DNA of 52,201 nt, the filler included, from Catajapyx aquilonaris (lineage: Eukaryota): assembly GCA_000934665.2 (NCBI GenBank). It is 2 parts of 2 records of this genome, joined end to end, with 100 filler letters (N's around TTAATTAATTAA, not from the genome) between each part and the next. Parts side by side here need not be neighbours in the genome. Positions count along the whole stretch, not along the records: positions 1 to 26,051 come from JYFJ02005257.1; positions 26,152 to 52,201 come from KZ539317.1. The stretch is one strand, 5' to 3'. The position numbers and the translations under genes are program-made. The notes beneath the pieces were generated by a model, which made no database searches, was not told the DNA's origin, and was given only the letters and a program-made list of their open reading frames with translations. Position 1 is the first letter of the stretch. Every line of letters starts with the position of its first letter. Positions 25,691-40,510 of the stretch are shown here, in pieces.

Positions 25691-26051
25691 CTGAAACCAA
25701 TCAATCGTCTCGTGTCATTATAATATTATAACATCATTTACATTAAGCCACAACACACTTAAATAACAAAGGGTCAGATTTATGAAATTACTATTTAATA
25801 GTGCATTACTTGCCACCAAATACTTTTTGCTGGGTTCAATAGTATTTCAAGAGACTACCTATAGCTGTAGTATACCGCGGCAAAAATACTTGCAAAAATA
25901 TACTGCCCGTATACACTATGAGGAGATAATAAGGATTGAACCCACAAAAAACTATTTAAGGTGGAAATGAAGCGACTTGCTAATCAAATGAGAGTCTAGA
26001 ATTGGAATGTTAATAAGAAGGGCTAAAATCAGGGAAACATACGCGACCGAT

Positions 26052-26151
26052 NNNNNNNNNNNNNNNNNNNNNNNNNNNNNNNNNNNNNNNNNNNNTTAAT
26101 TAATTAANNNNNNNNNNNNNNNNNNNNNNNNNNNNNNNNNNNNNNNNNNNN
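26052..26151. other. Assembly gap with artificial TTAATTAATTAA spacer
   Basis: N-run interrupted by TTAATTAATTAA (stop codons in all six frames), typical of a scaffolding linker. Confidence 0.9.
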
Positions 26152-26386
26152 GCAGGTTTGCCGGGCATCTATAGTCGCCCATATCTCGAAAACGCTTGGC
26201 TAATGCGACTTTTTACTTTCACCAATGAATTTCTGGCCTGCGATTTACGCCTAGTGTCATTTTCGGGCCGATTGGCCGATGGCCCTACAGACACTTCCCT
26301 TGTTAGTGACAAGAGTTGCAAAGGTTTCTCAGCACTTGGTGTGACCCCCTGGATTATGCATGAAGCAAAGTAAATAGTCAAATTTT

Positions 26387-26727
26387 CAGGGAAGGTGCGG
26401 TGGCCGAGATGGTAACGTCTCGGCTTGCTGTGTGAAAGGTCCTGGGTTCAAATCCCCGCCCGGGAGTTACCTTTCGCCTGCGTCAGTGGGTCTCTGGCCC
26501 ATGGCTAAGGAGACGTCTTGGCAACCGGCCTCCTGGGGGACTGCACATGACCCTTTTCCTACATTGCACTTGCACCTGTGTCCCCTCCCAAATCCCCCCA
26601 TCCTTACCCTACTTCCCTAATTGTCCTTGCAAGGAGTCAAAATTGGAAAATCATTGAAATGGTGGTAATCCACTCCCCCAAAAGGGCTTCGTTCCCTCCA
26701 AGGGGGCGAACAAAAACAAACAAAAAA
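26387..26727 (+). mobile_element. tRNA(Ala-like)-derived SINE, family A copy 1
   Basis: Box A TGGCCGAGATGG, box B GGTTCAAATCC, TGC-loop-like head; (CAAAA)n tail; TSD TCAAATTTT (26378-26386 / 26728-26736). Confidence 0.88.
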
Positions 26728-27227
26728 TCAAATTTTGTGACATAGACCCCTAGAGCCAAAATGCCCTACTTATGGGTTGAGTAATGCATAATAAACACAT
26801 CATCATCAGCGCGGTGTTTTCCAAAGAGATATGGGGTTGCCTGCAGATATTGAGGGAGTCCTCAATATCCTTGTATGACCAAATAACACACATACAAAAA
26901 AAAAAAAAAAATCTGAAGCCTGGTCAGGTACTTGCAGATTTTTTTAAAAGGTTTTTTTAGGGGGGGGGGGGGGTACAACAGATTGCCGACAGGACAGGCT
27001 ATGCTGGGCTGTTGATTTTGGCGGTGTCCCAGGTGATGTCCACCAACAAAGGATGGGCGAGGCAGGAGGACCATGTCATTGCTGAGTTGTTGGCACCACC
27101 AGACCGAAATAAATAGAACTCGCATCATGTACGAGCGTATACTGTATATATTTTATAGCTCAGATTAGTTCATTTATAACATTTAAATAATTGTAATTAT
27201 TTAATTGCAGGTTATATACAGTACAAC

Positions 27228-28140
27228 CATAGCTTGAATGAGCCTTATACAGTATACATTGTTGTGTTGCCATGACCACCTGTCATATTCAGCAACTCTA
27301 GGAACAAACCACAAATAGATAACATCGGATAAATTTACACTAGAGAGAGCCATTTATTACAAAATTACTGGCGTACCGTACAGGTGAGTTCCTGCGCATA
27401 TAATGTTTTCACAGTATTAAGGTTTTACTGCTACAGGTCACCTGAAGTAATTGAGTAGGTCATTATCAAAACCAGGTTGTCTCGTGGTGTCTAAAGTGTG
27501 TTAATTATAAGTGAGTTAATCATAGCTTGAATGAGCCTTGTACATTGTTGTGTTGCCACAACCACCTGTCATATTCAACAACTCTATTGGAACAAACAGA
27601 TAATATCTGATAAGTTTACACCCAAGAGAGCCATTTATTACAAAATTATACCATGCAGGTGAGTTCCTGCTCATATTAATGTTTTCACAGCATTAAGGTT
27701 TTACTGATAAAGGTCACCTGAAGTAATTAAGTATGCCATTATCAAAACGAGGTTGTCTCATGTTATCTAATGTGGTTTTTTTAAAAATTATTTTTAGTTA
27801 TACCCCGTTATCTGGCCGATAGGCCATTTCTAGGGGGGTGGATTACCACCATTTGGGGTTGGAGCGATATGCATATATGTACTTAATTGCTCCAAGGGTA
27901 ATTAGGAGGGGATGTGCAAAGTGCAAGTGCAATGTCGTTGCTTGGTCATTTTGTGAACTCCCCCGGGTGGGTTAGTCTAGCGGAAATTCCCACCCGAAAC
28001 GAAGCCAGAGATGGCCCAACTCTGCACGAAAGAAGGTGGGAACCCCGGGCGGGGATTGAACCCGGGACCTTAACTTCCGTGAGCGCGCGCGTTACCGCGG
28101 CGCCACTCCATCTCCCTTAATGTGTGTTAATTTCTGGTTA
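27228..28140 (+). repeat. Tandem duplication of a ~293-bp unit (27228-27520; 27521 onward), second copy carrying a SINE
   Basis: catagcttgaatgagcctt...accacctgtcatattca...caggtgagttcctgc...ggtcacctgaagtaatt is repeated; inverted fragment at ~28298-28327. Confidence 0.85.
27775..28117 (-). mobile_element. tRNA-derived SINE, family B copy 1
   Basis: Head GGGAGATGGAGTGGCGCCGCGGTAACG...GGTTCAATCCC; A-rich tail; TSD TAATGTG. The empty site is preserved in the paralogous tandem unit. Close copy at 50291-50589. Confidence 0.9.
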
Positions 28141-28564
28141 CAGGCATCAACTCAAATCTAAATTCCTATTTGCAATAAGGTATATGGAACATTTTCACAA
28201 TTGGTCCACCTCCTATTTGGCAAGGTCACTTGGGCCATAACAAACTCACTAAATCTGAAATTCTTGTTTTCTAAAGGATTCATACTGAAACAGATAGCCT
28301 GGTTTTGATAATGACCTACTCAATTATAGAGGGAGGAATTCATAGCTAGGTTGTCTACATTATATATGGTACACTGTTTCAACTCATGATGTCAATTTAG
28401 CCACACAAAAAGATGTGATAATCTGACGTCAGCGAGTTCAAACCGCGAATATGAAGTTAGCCAACTCTCTGAATTCCTCCTAGTTAATAGCACTCCCATG
28501 TTACTCACTTCACTATGGGAATATATTATTGTTCTAGAAGACGTTTGGGACTGGCAGGGACAAG

Positions 28565-29577
28565 ATGATAGAGGGGAAGGGGCTGCTCGGAGGAAGTCAG
28601 GCTACAAGGGTCAAAGAGTTGCAGAGGTGGAGAGAGGAGAATGTACTGATCAAGCCATCAGTCCTGGCCAAGCCCCCTGTCAGATCATGGCAGTTACATG
28701 ACCTTAGCCACACCATCTCAACTCCTTGGGGAAGACGCTACCCCCAAGTGGTGTCCCATGTTCAGCAGACCCCTCCAGTGCCCACATCAATGGAGCCACC
28801 CACCCCAGAGGTATTTGCGAAGATGCAAGGCAGTGGGTCCAATGACTGTCAGGAACTGGCTTCGTGGGAGGGGAAAGGTGTCCACCTGTTTCCTTCTGCC
28901 CATACTGATGGAGACCAAAAGGAGGGATGTCGTGAACAGAACTTGTGGACAGTCAAGCGCCCGGAGTACAGCATGGCTCAGATCTATATGGAATTGTCCT
29001 CTCCCTCCAAACAGAAAACACCCAATTGAAAGACACATTGAAACATAATCAGAGTGAAATTGAATGGATGACAAAGAAGATTTACCAGCTTCGGGCAGAA
29101 AAAAGGAGTGGGCAACCTGAACGTTCAGGTCTCACAAAGATCAATAAAACTCTAACTAAGGAGAACTCACAACTATTATCTGCTAATGTCAGACTCCAAC
29201 AGGCACTTACAGAAAAAGATCAAGAGATCAAAATGGTGGAAGCAGAACTGGGGCGAATCAAGGAAGATATATGCAGCCACTCCTCTGCATGTGTTCCAAA
29301 GCAAACTATGATGGAGATGGGTCAGACAATCCGCGAACTGAAGTTCACCATCAAGAGTAGCAAAGCCAATGAGAACATCGTTCAAATGCAAAGGGCTCAG
29401 CTTGAGAAGATGAGGCAAAAAGTGGAGAAAAAGTTGAGGCACGCCATTAGGATCCAAGGGGACCTCCTACAGAACTGGGCATGGCAAGAAGAGGAGCTGC
29501 AGATGCTGGCCGTTATTCGAGAGCTAGAAAAGTTTCTACTCATCCTCATTCCCGGCTACTCCAGAATTATCGAATAG
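28565..29577 (+). pseudogene. Unknown coiled-coil protein, split over two frames (frameshifted gene or pseudogene)
   Basis: Acceptor-like ttgttctag| just upstream. The ATG ORF 28565-29029 overlaps ORF 28945-29577, which is rich in heptad-like EKQ segments (LQTENTQLKDTLKHNQSEIE; LTKENSQLLSANVRLQQALTEKDQEIK). Confidence 0.45.
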
Positions 29578-29948
29578 TTTTCACGCCATACAGTGACAGT
29601 GCATTTGAGAGCAGCAGTCATCCTGGCGAGTCATCAAAATACAAACCATGACAGGCACAGAAGAGTCGGATATCATCCAGTGAAATTAGATTGGTGCAGC
29701 TGAGGGAGTCAGGGGAGGGTGGAGATACAATGTGATATTGAAAGTGAAACTAAATTTCCAAAAATTCTTGAAATTTCAAGTCCAAGCAAAAGTCTTAAAA
29801 TAAAACGGATTTCCCTTGAACTGTGTTCTGCATTATCACATGTCAAAATTTCAGCACTAATATCTACATGACCAGGCGCACTCTAGTCACAATAGATGAG
29901 TCGCAAAATTATAAGCATCTGTGGTATATTGATAGAACCTTGCTGCTG

Positions 29949-30097
29949 TACAGTCGGTTAAAGGATTTCCTTTCCACATGAGATTGAGAAATTAGCCCCC
30001 AACTGCAGAGGTTCTGCCCTTCATGCAATGGCTAGCACCTCTGTTAGAGGATAATTTCTCCGCCTCCTGTGGAAAGAAGACCCTTTAACCAATTGTA
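29949..30097. mobile_element. Degenerate ~150-bp hairpin MITE
   Basis: tacagtcggttaaagg...tttccaca...gagaaatta...cagagg is mirrored by cctctg...taatttctc...tgtggaaag...cctttaaccaattgta. Confidence 0.6.
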
Positions 30098-31238
30098 CTC
30101 ACTATTGAATATATTGATTAATGCTTTGTCCATTTTATTGTAGAATTTTAAATGCAAGGGTGAAAAGTTCTTATTTGCTGTCTTGCTAATTTTTGTTTCT
30201 GTTTTCAGTTAGGCCAAATGATTGTAGAATGTGGAAAAGTATATAGGGTGTATAGGCCTACTCCCTGGAATAGGCTGTCTAAGTAGGCGTCAGAGTTGAT
30301 GGATTAATTTAGTTATTACTGGCGTCTGTGACTATTTTACATTGCAGATGCGTATAATTAAATTGCTGCAGAATGTTTACAAAGCTGTTTTCGACAAAAA
30401 TAGTCCACTTCTCATCTGCTTGCATTCCGCAGGGGATTTTTAAAATGTGAAAATTCCCATGAGCATGTAGCAAGAAAATGCCACATATTCAATTGATTAG
30501 CCTCACAAGTCACTGAAGCAGACTGTCATACAAAAAAAAAATTAAAGTAGAGGTTGATTATACTGATTTGATTTTACAAGTGCAAAAAAGCACATTATCG
30601 CATGCCTCTGCATGCTCTCCTTTGGTGGTATAAGGTCACTGACAACTTTGATGCCCAAGTTGCAGTTTCAAATGTGAGGTATGGATGGAAAAAAAATTTG
30701 TTTTAGTTCCATTCTACGACATAAATGAGTAGAACTACTATTTTTGCCATCAAACATTTCTTAAAACCAAAAGTAAGTCACTATTAACCACAGTTACATG
30801 TTGAAACCAGACTTGCATTGAAAAACAACAAGTGTCCCTATTGACCCCAACTTTCAGGTGAATAGGGACGGTCATTTAAAGATGCAGATAGGGTGTTTCT
30901 TACTTGTAGGTGATACTATTGGTTGGCAGTGTATTCCTTGGCCCAAAACAAGTAAAAAATGTAGGGGTGAGAAATGTCGAAGGAGAAACCATTAACAATA
31001 CAGACGATGGTGGAGATTTGAGTTCCCTTACACAAGCACTGCCACGCAGCCACTGATTCATGGAGGAGGAAGGCCTTTCCAATGCAATTCATGACAAGAA
31101 AGTATAAAAGAACATGTCTGCAAATAAATCCTGCATGTTAAAATTCCCTAAATGCTCTTCATCCTGACTGATTCGAGTAAATAGAACTCCACCTGTAAAA
31201 TAACTAAATAAATAAATAGGAGTTCTTATTAAATCACT

Positions 31239-32519
31239 TTATTCAATAACAGTGCATTCTAGTGGATTCACTATTTCACCAAGGATCATATTTTGCACTT
31301 TTGACACGTAACCATTGTAGAAATCATGTGCTGTCCCAAACTTTTTCCGTGCTACTTTGACCCTGCGAAAACCCACCCATCCTACTTTGCATTTGATGCA
31401 CACTACTCTCCTTTTTTTGTGGTAGTAGACATGTCCTGGCTTCACATTTCCAACCAAATTCTCTAGTTGATAGTCCTGAACTTCAGAAGAAACTATAATG
31501 TCATCTAATTTCACTAAACAGTCTTGCCACATGGTGCTCACTTGGTGAATTTCATGGATGGCTTTGTATAAGTTGTACACTTCTTCTGCACTCTTTTTGT
31601 CCCACTTGATGACTGCCATTTCCGCAGTAATTTTTGGAGCTGGGAATGAAGTTTTCATATTTACACTTGTGTTGAAGAGTTGCTTATAACTGACATCACA
31701 AGCAGGCCTGGTAATGCAATTTTGAATGTGTGCCTGAAGAAGTGATAATCAGACTTGGTTGTGTGATTGAAAATCATGAAGAACAAAGTGTTCTGCATAA
31801 TTATGTCCCAGACATCTTGGCTTTGGCCTAACTATAAAATGCACATGCAAAAGTAATGTATCCCATAAAAACGCAAACCTTGTAAAGCTTTTCATCAAAA
31901 CAGTGCAGACTCGGGCCAACTATAAGTTGGGTTCAAGATTTCCTGTTCTTCTCTGTATACTAGGTCTGAATCAAAAGCACAAGGAGTGACCAAATGTGCT
32001 CCCCTATTGACATCATAAATTCTGTACTTGGTAAATATTCCCTTTATTTGCTTATGTACTGTACCAATCTTAATGACCACATGCAATCAAGTTATAAATG
32101 TACCATAGTACCATAAGTAACTCCTTCAGTGCTTTGAGGCTGGCTCATGTTAAGGCAATCTGGGAACTCTTCCACACATTTCGCAAGCAGCTTGGCACCT
32201 AAGTCACTAAGTATAGCTGTCAAGGAGGTTGCACTGGCATCAGGTGGTACTGGACAACTTGCTTGGCTCACCACTTCTCCCACATCAAACCTGTAACAGC
32301 AATAGCGTAAAATTCACTGTCAGAAATTGACCAACCAGCATACCTCTTGGGTTCAATTTTCATGACAGTCACTCCAGTTTCAGTGTCACCATTGAGGATA
32401 GTGTGAATAATTGGTGCTGCGCCTCTCCATCGTGGCAATTTACTTGCATGCAGGTTGATCATCCCACTGAAAGTATGCAGAAAGGGTCAGTATTGCAGAT
32501 GTTAATATTATTTGGATTA

Positions 32520-32586
<67 letters not shown>

Positions 32587-33473
32587 TAGTATTATAATTA
32601 TTAGGATTCTAATTTAGTGTAGCAAAAAGTGCACTTAGAATTAAATTTATAATAAAAATTATTAGGATGTTATTGGTCGATTTTCAGGGTCTCTGTCAGA
32701 CTTTACATTTCCAATGAAGAAATATGCATGCATTAAGTACAGAAATTAGAAACAGTGTGCCAAGATGGCCTGTCTTACAGTGGGAAGGCAGAAATGATTG
32801 TGCCAGGTATAAGGTGCCCAAAAGACACCACAACTCCAAGATCGTACTGGTTAGGTACCACTTGTACCGGCCAGAAATGCAGAGGCAAGTCGTAGGCCTT
32901 GGCATATTGCGCCACTGGGGTTCTCTGCTTTTTCAGTGGTATGGTCACCACGGCCAGTTCTTTTATCAACTTCTGTCGGATCCTGAATGTTTGAAAGATG
33001 CATAATTAGCAAATAGTAAACTGGTGCTTTTTACAACATAACACAATCTTAGGTAGGCAAACAGAAGTAGTGCAACTGCAAGTTACATTAAAATTATTGC
33101 TTGAAATAGTTTTCTATAAGTTTTATACCAGTTACAATATTGTAATTAATCTGGCACAATGTTATTCTAGTTTTAAATTAATACAAGCTCACACTTGTGA
33201 TGTCAGGTCTGCAAGTGTCGAACCAATAAATGTCATTCATCTAGATTTTCGTTATTTTCAGCTAGTAAAAATATTTATTTACATTTGTGTGTGGAGTGCA
33301 TCCAGGCTTTTTACTGCAAAGTTGTCTGTCCCAAAAAACATAATTTTGGGAGGTTCGCTGTTGTAACTCCGGATGAAACTTGAAGGGCGACTCACGTTAT
33401 TTAGTGACAGGCCAATGTATTGATGCACCAGCACATGTGTCTGACTCCAAATACACTTAAACCTCAATTTCAT
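31239..33473 (-). CDS. MTFMT: Mitochondrial methionyl-tRNA formyltransferase (~365 aa)
   Basis: Exons 33473-33283, 32982-32779, 32466-32344, 32290-32112, 31639-31239 (1098 nt, all GT-AG, phases consistent). Motifs [68 protein letters not shown]-terminal transit-peptide-like extension. Confidence 0.95.
32525..32586. repeat. (AAT)n microsatellite
   Basis: Pure trinucleotide run in MTFMT intron 2. Confidence 0.95.
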
Positions 33474-34143
33474 TTTGTTAAAAAATACTGATGACTTTTA
33501 AATCTAATCATTCGTGCGAAAAATGGCGGCAAGCCACCAATCTGACACTGCAAATGCACCCAAAATAGAGACGACAGCTAGTAACTAAAAGATTTCGCTC
33601 GATTTCGCCTCACATGGTGATCGCCATTTTTGACCAGATATCAGATGAAAAATAATAATACAACAAATGCATATAGTGTGTATAAGTGTTCTATATTAAG
33701 TCACCGTATGGAAAATAAATTTTAACAGTAGTTTACATAACTATTTGTATAAAATTGATAATTTTAGTGTAACGAAAGTGGCGACCGGTGGCGACTTTTA
33801 ACGCACGTGGCAGCCAGGGAATTGTATAAAACGTTACTGTAGCTGTCGCTTTTTCCATGTAACTGCTACTTTTTGCAGTACGTATCAATCTCACAAAATT
33901 AAACTGAACTCCCAATTATTCTTGTAATCTAGCACGTATGGAAGCTTCTGGTTCTCAAAATCAATATTTTTAGTAAAACAGGTGGCCCTTATAATATTAT
34001 GATAGCCGAATCACATTGTCATATGCAAAGCGGTTATTACAATAGCAGCGAGTTTCAGACGCGACGCACTTGTTGGTTGTTGGCAGGAGACCAGACGCAG
34101 TACACCCTTCAGCACTGAGCAGGACGAAAGCTTCTCCGTTTCC
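33474..34143. promoter_or_regulatory. Probable bidirectional promoter region MTFMT/RPL23 with a pyrimidine-rich (TCT/TOP-like) start
   Basis: Start codons are 684 bp apart and divergent. YY1-like AAAATGGCGGC at ~33520 and CGCCATTTT at ~33622; CTTCTCCGTTTCC at 34131-34143, just before the RPL23 ATG. Confidence 0.55.
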
Positions 34144-34157
34144 GTTGGCAGTCCAAG

Positions 34158-38650
<4,493 letters not shown>

Positions 38651-39679
38651 AGTCACAGTTGTGTACACCATTCCTTTGGAGCAATTAAAAGGACCTAAAG
38701 GAGACTTGACTTAATTATTCAACTCTTTTCCCACAAGAAATATGCTTCCAGATAATTGTACAAAAATTCATGACGTGGAAATTTGGGAGGGCGGGTGGGG
38801 AGAGGAATTTCAAGATTTATTTTTGGGGGTGGAAAGTAAAACTTTTGCTTTGGCTCAATGAGGGCAGGACTTTTTTAACCTTCCTCCTGAAAGCTCTCAT
38901 GAGGCCACAATTAAAAACCTTATAGTGTAGTTCTTTTAATTATTTGCAAGTCCATGTGTTAAAAATACGTAATGTCAGTTATGAGTTGTTATGCTGGTAC
39001 ATAATACAGTTTTATGAAAATGCAACAAAACAGTCAAATAGGTAACCAATGCTTGTGGTAGGTTGTTTTTCTATGGTACATTTCACTTATCATTTGTTCA
39101 CCTTCCGTCACAAGCTGACAGTTTGGGTACCAGTTGGGTACGTAGCTGCGAGTCCCATGTTGTTGTGCTCATGTGAACTGTGAAGTTATCCCTGCAAACT
39201 TGGCAGCTCAAAGTCATGCTTCGCCAAAACATACTCAAAAATTACCCCCACTGCAGCTTTGACCTGAAAAATAAATGGGGGCAATTTGTTTAGTTTGAGC
39301 AAAGTGTGAGCTTCACGTATCAGTTGATGTTTGGTGGGTTCCCAACTTTTTTCAACATTTTCCACTCCTGACAGGTGCCAACCATTCGGCCCTCCGCTCC
39401 AAATTACTTTGGAACTGAAAAAAGGCCAGGTGTGGCTTGCTTATACGACAGCACTTGTTGCACCCATACACACAGGATTCCACCAAGTTGCTGTCCTTTG
39501 CCAACCTCCAACATGGCCGCCGCGAGAAAATTAACTCGCTTACGGCTGAGTTTTTGTGGCCGGGTTTTCCTTTTCTTTATGCAAATTTGTAGGAGTGATA
39601 TTAATGAAAACAATATGCTCCAATATTTATAATTTTAACTTGTGGTGGTTGAATGTATAATGCCGAAAATATTCATCTA

Positions 39680-39823
39680 CAGGGTGTTCCAGAAAAGAAA
39701 TTTAAAGTGCAAATAACTTCATATGCGATTAAATTAATTTAAAATTTTCAAGTCACGTTACTATGGTTACAAAATAATACTAAAACACTACTATTGGAAA
39801 CTCCAGACTTATAGGACACCCTG
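39680..39823. mobile_element. Small Tc1/mariner-like MITE relic
   Basis: TA|CAGGGTGTTCC ... GGACACCCTG; right TSD degraded. Confidence 0.5.
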
Positions 39824-40510
39824 TTATGACGCTGCGGAAGGGGGGGGGGCGTTGAGCTGACTCTGGGAAGCGAAAATGTTCATTAGCATACGCCATGGTA
39901 GTTGAGCCCCCTTCCACGAGGTGGTAGGAACAGTTTGAGCCAGTTCCGGTTTGAGCCTGAAACTGCGCCATTTCTGTCTAAACTCAAGCACCCCAGTTCA
40001 AAAACCCGCAGATCATCATTTGATGCACATTTATGTCACGATTACAAGTTCACAAATTGTCCGATAGATGGGGCACCGGTTCGTGCTCACTAATAAAGTA
40101 ACTGCATAGCTATAATACATACAACACGTTTTTGCATTGTGTTCCGTCACGCTGATGCCTCGAGAAAGCCACCAATTTTAATGTCAAACCTACTAAATAT
40201 AACAGTCTGTGATCAAAACTACTTTTTCATCAGACAAATCCCCGATAATAGGGCTACTTGGAGCCTAATATCGAGTGTAGCTGCTACCGAGAAAAACCCG
40301 TTATTTGTAGCTAGTCCTATTACAGCGTTGCCACATGCTGAGTTCCTTTGTCCAGACTCCAGGCACATGAGTCATGATGAGTCACGCAGAGGCAGCAGGA
40401 AGCTTTAACCGCCACTTCTATCGGTGAAAGAGGCAGGGAAAGAGTCACAAAGCAGTAGTGGTTGTTCCAACTCTTCCAAGCGGTACCAGGGCCGGTACCA
40501 GGGCTAGACG

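Noticed and set aside
26096..26107. TTAATTAATTAA palindrome inside an N-run
   Set aside because: Scaffolding linker, not biological sequence.
26389..26465. tRNA-like sequences (also ~28040-28117, 35562-35635, 44800-44877, 46611-46685, 50291-50365)
   Set aside because: No acceptor-stem pairing; they are followed by SINE bodies, tails and TSDs, so these are SINE heads, not tRNA genes.
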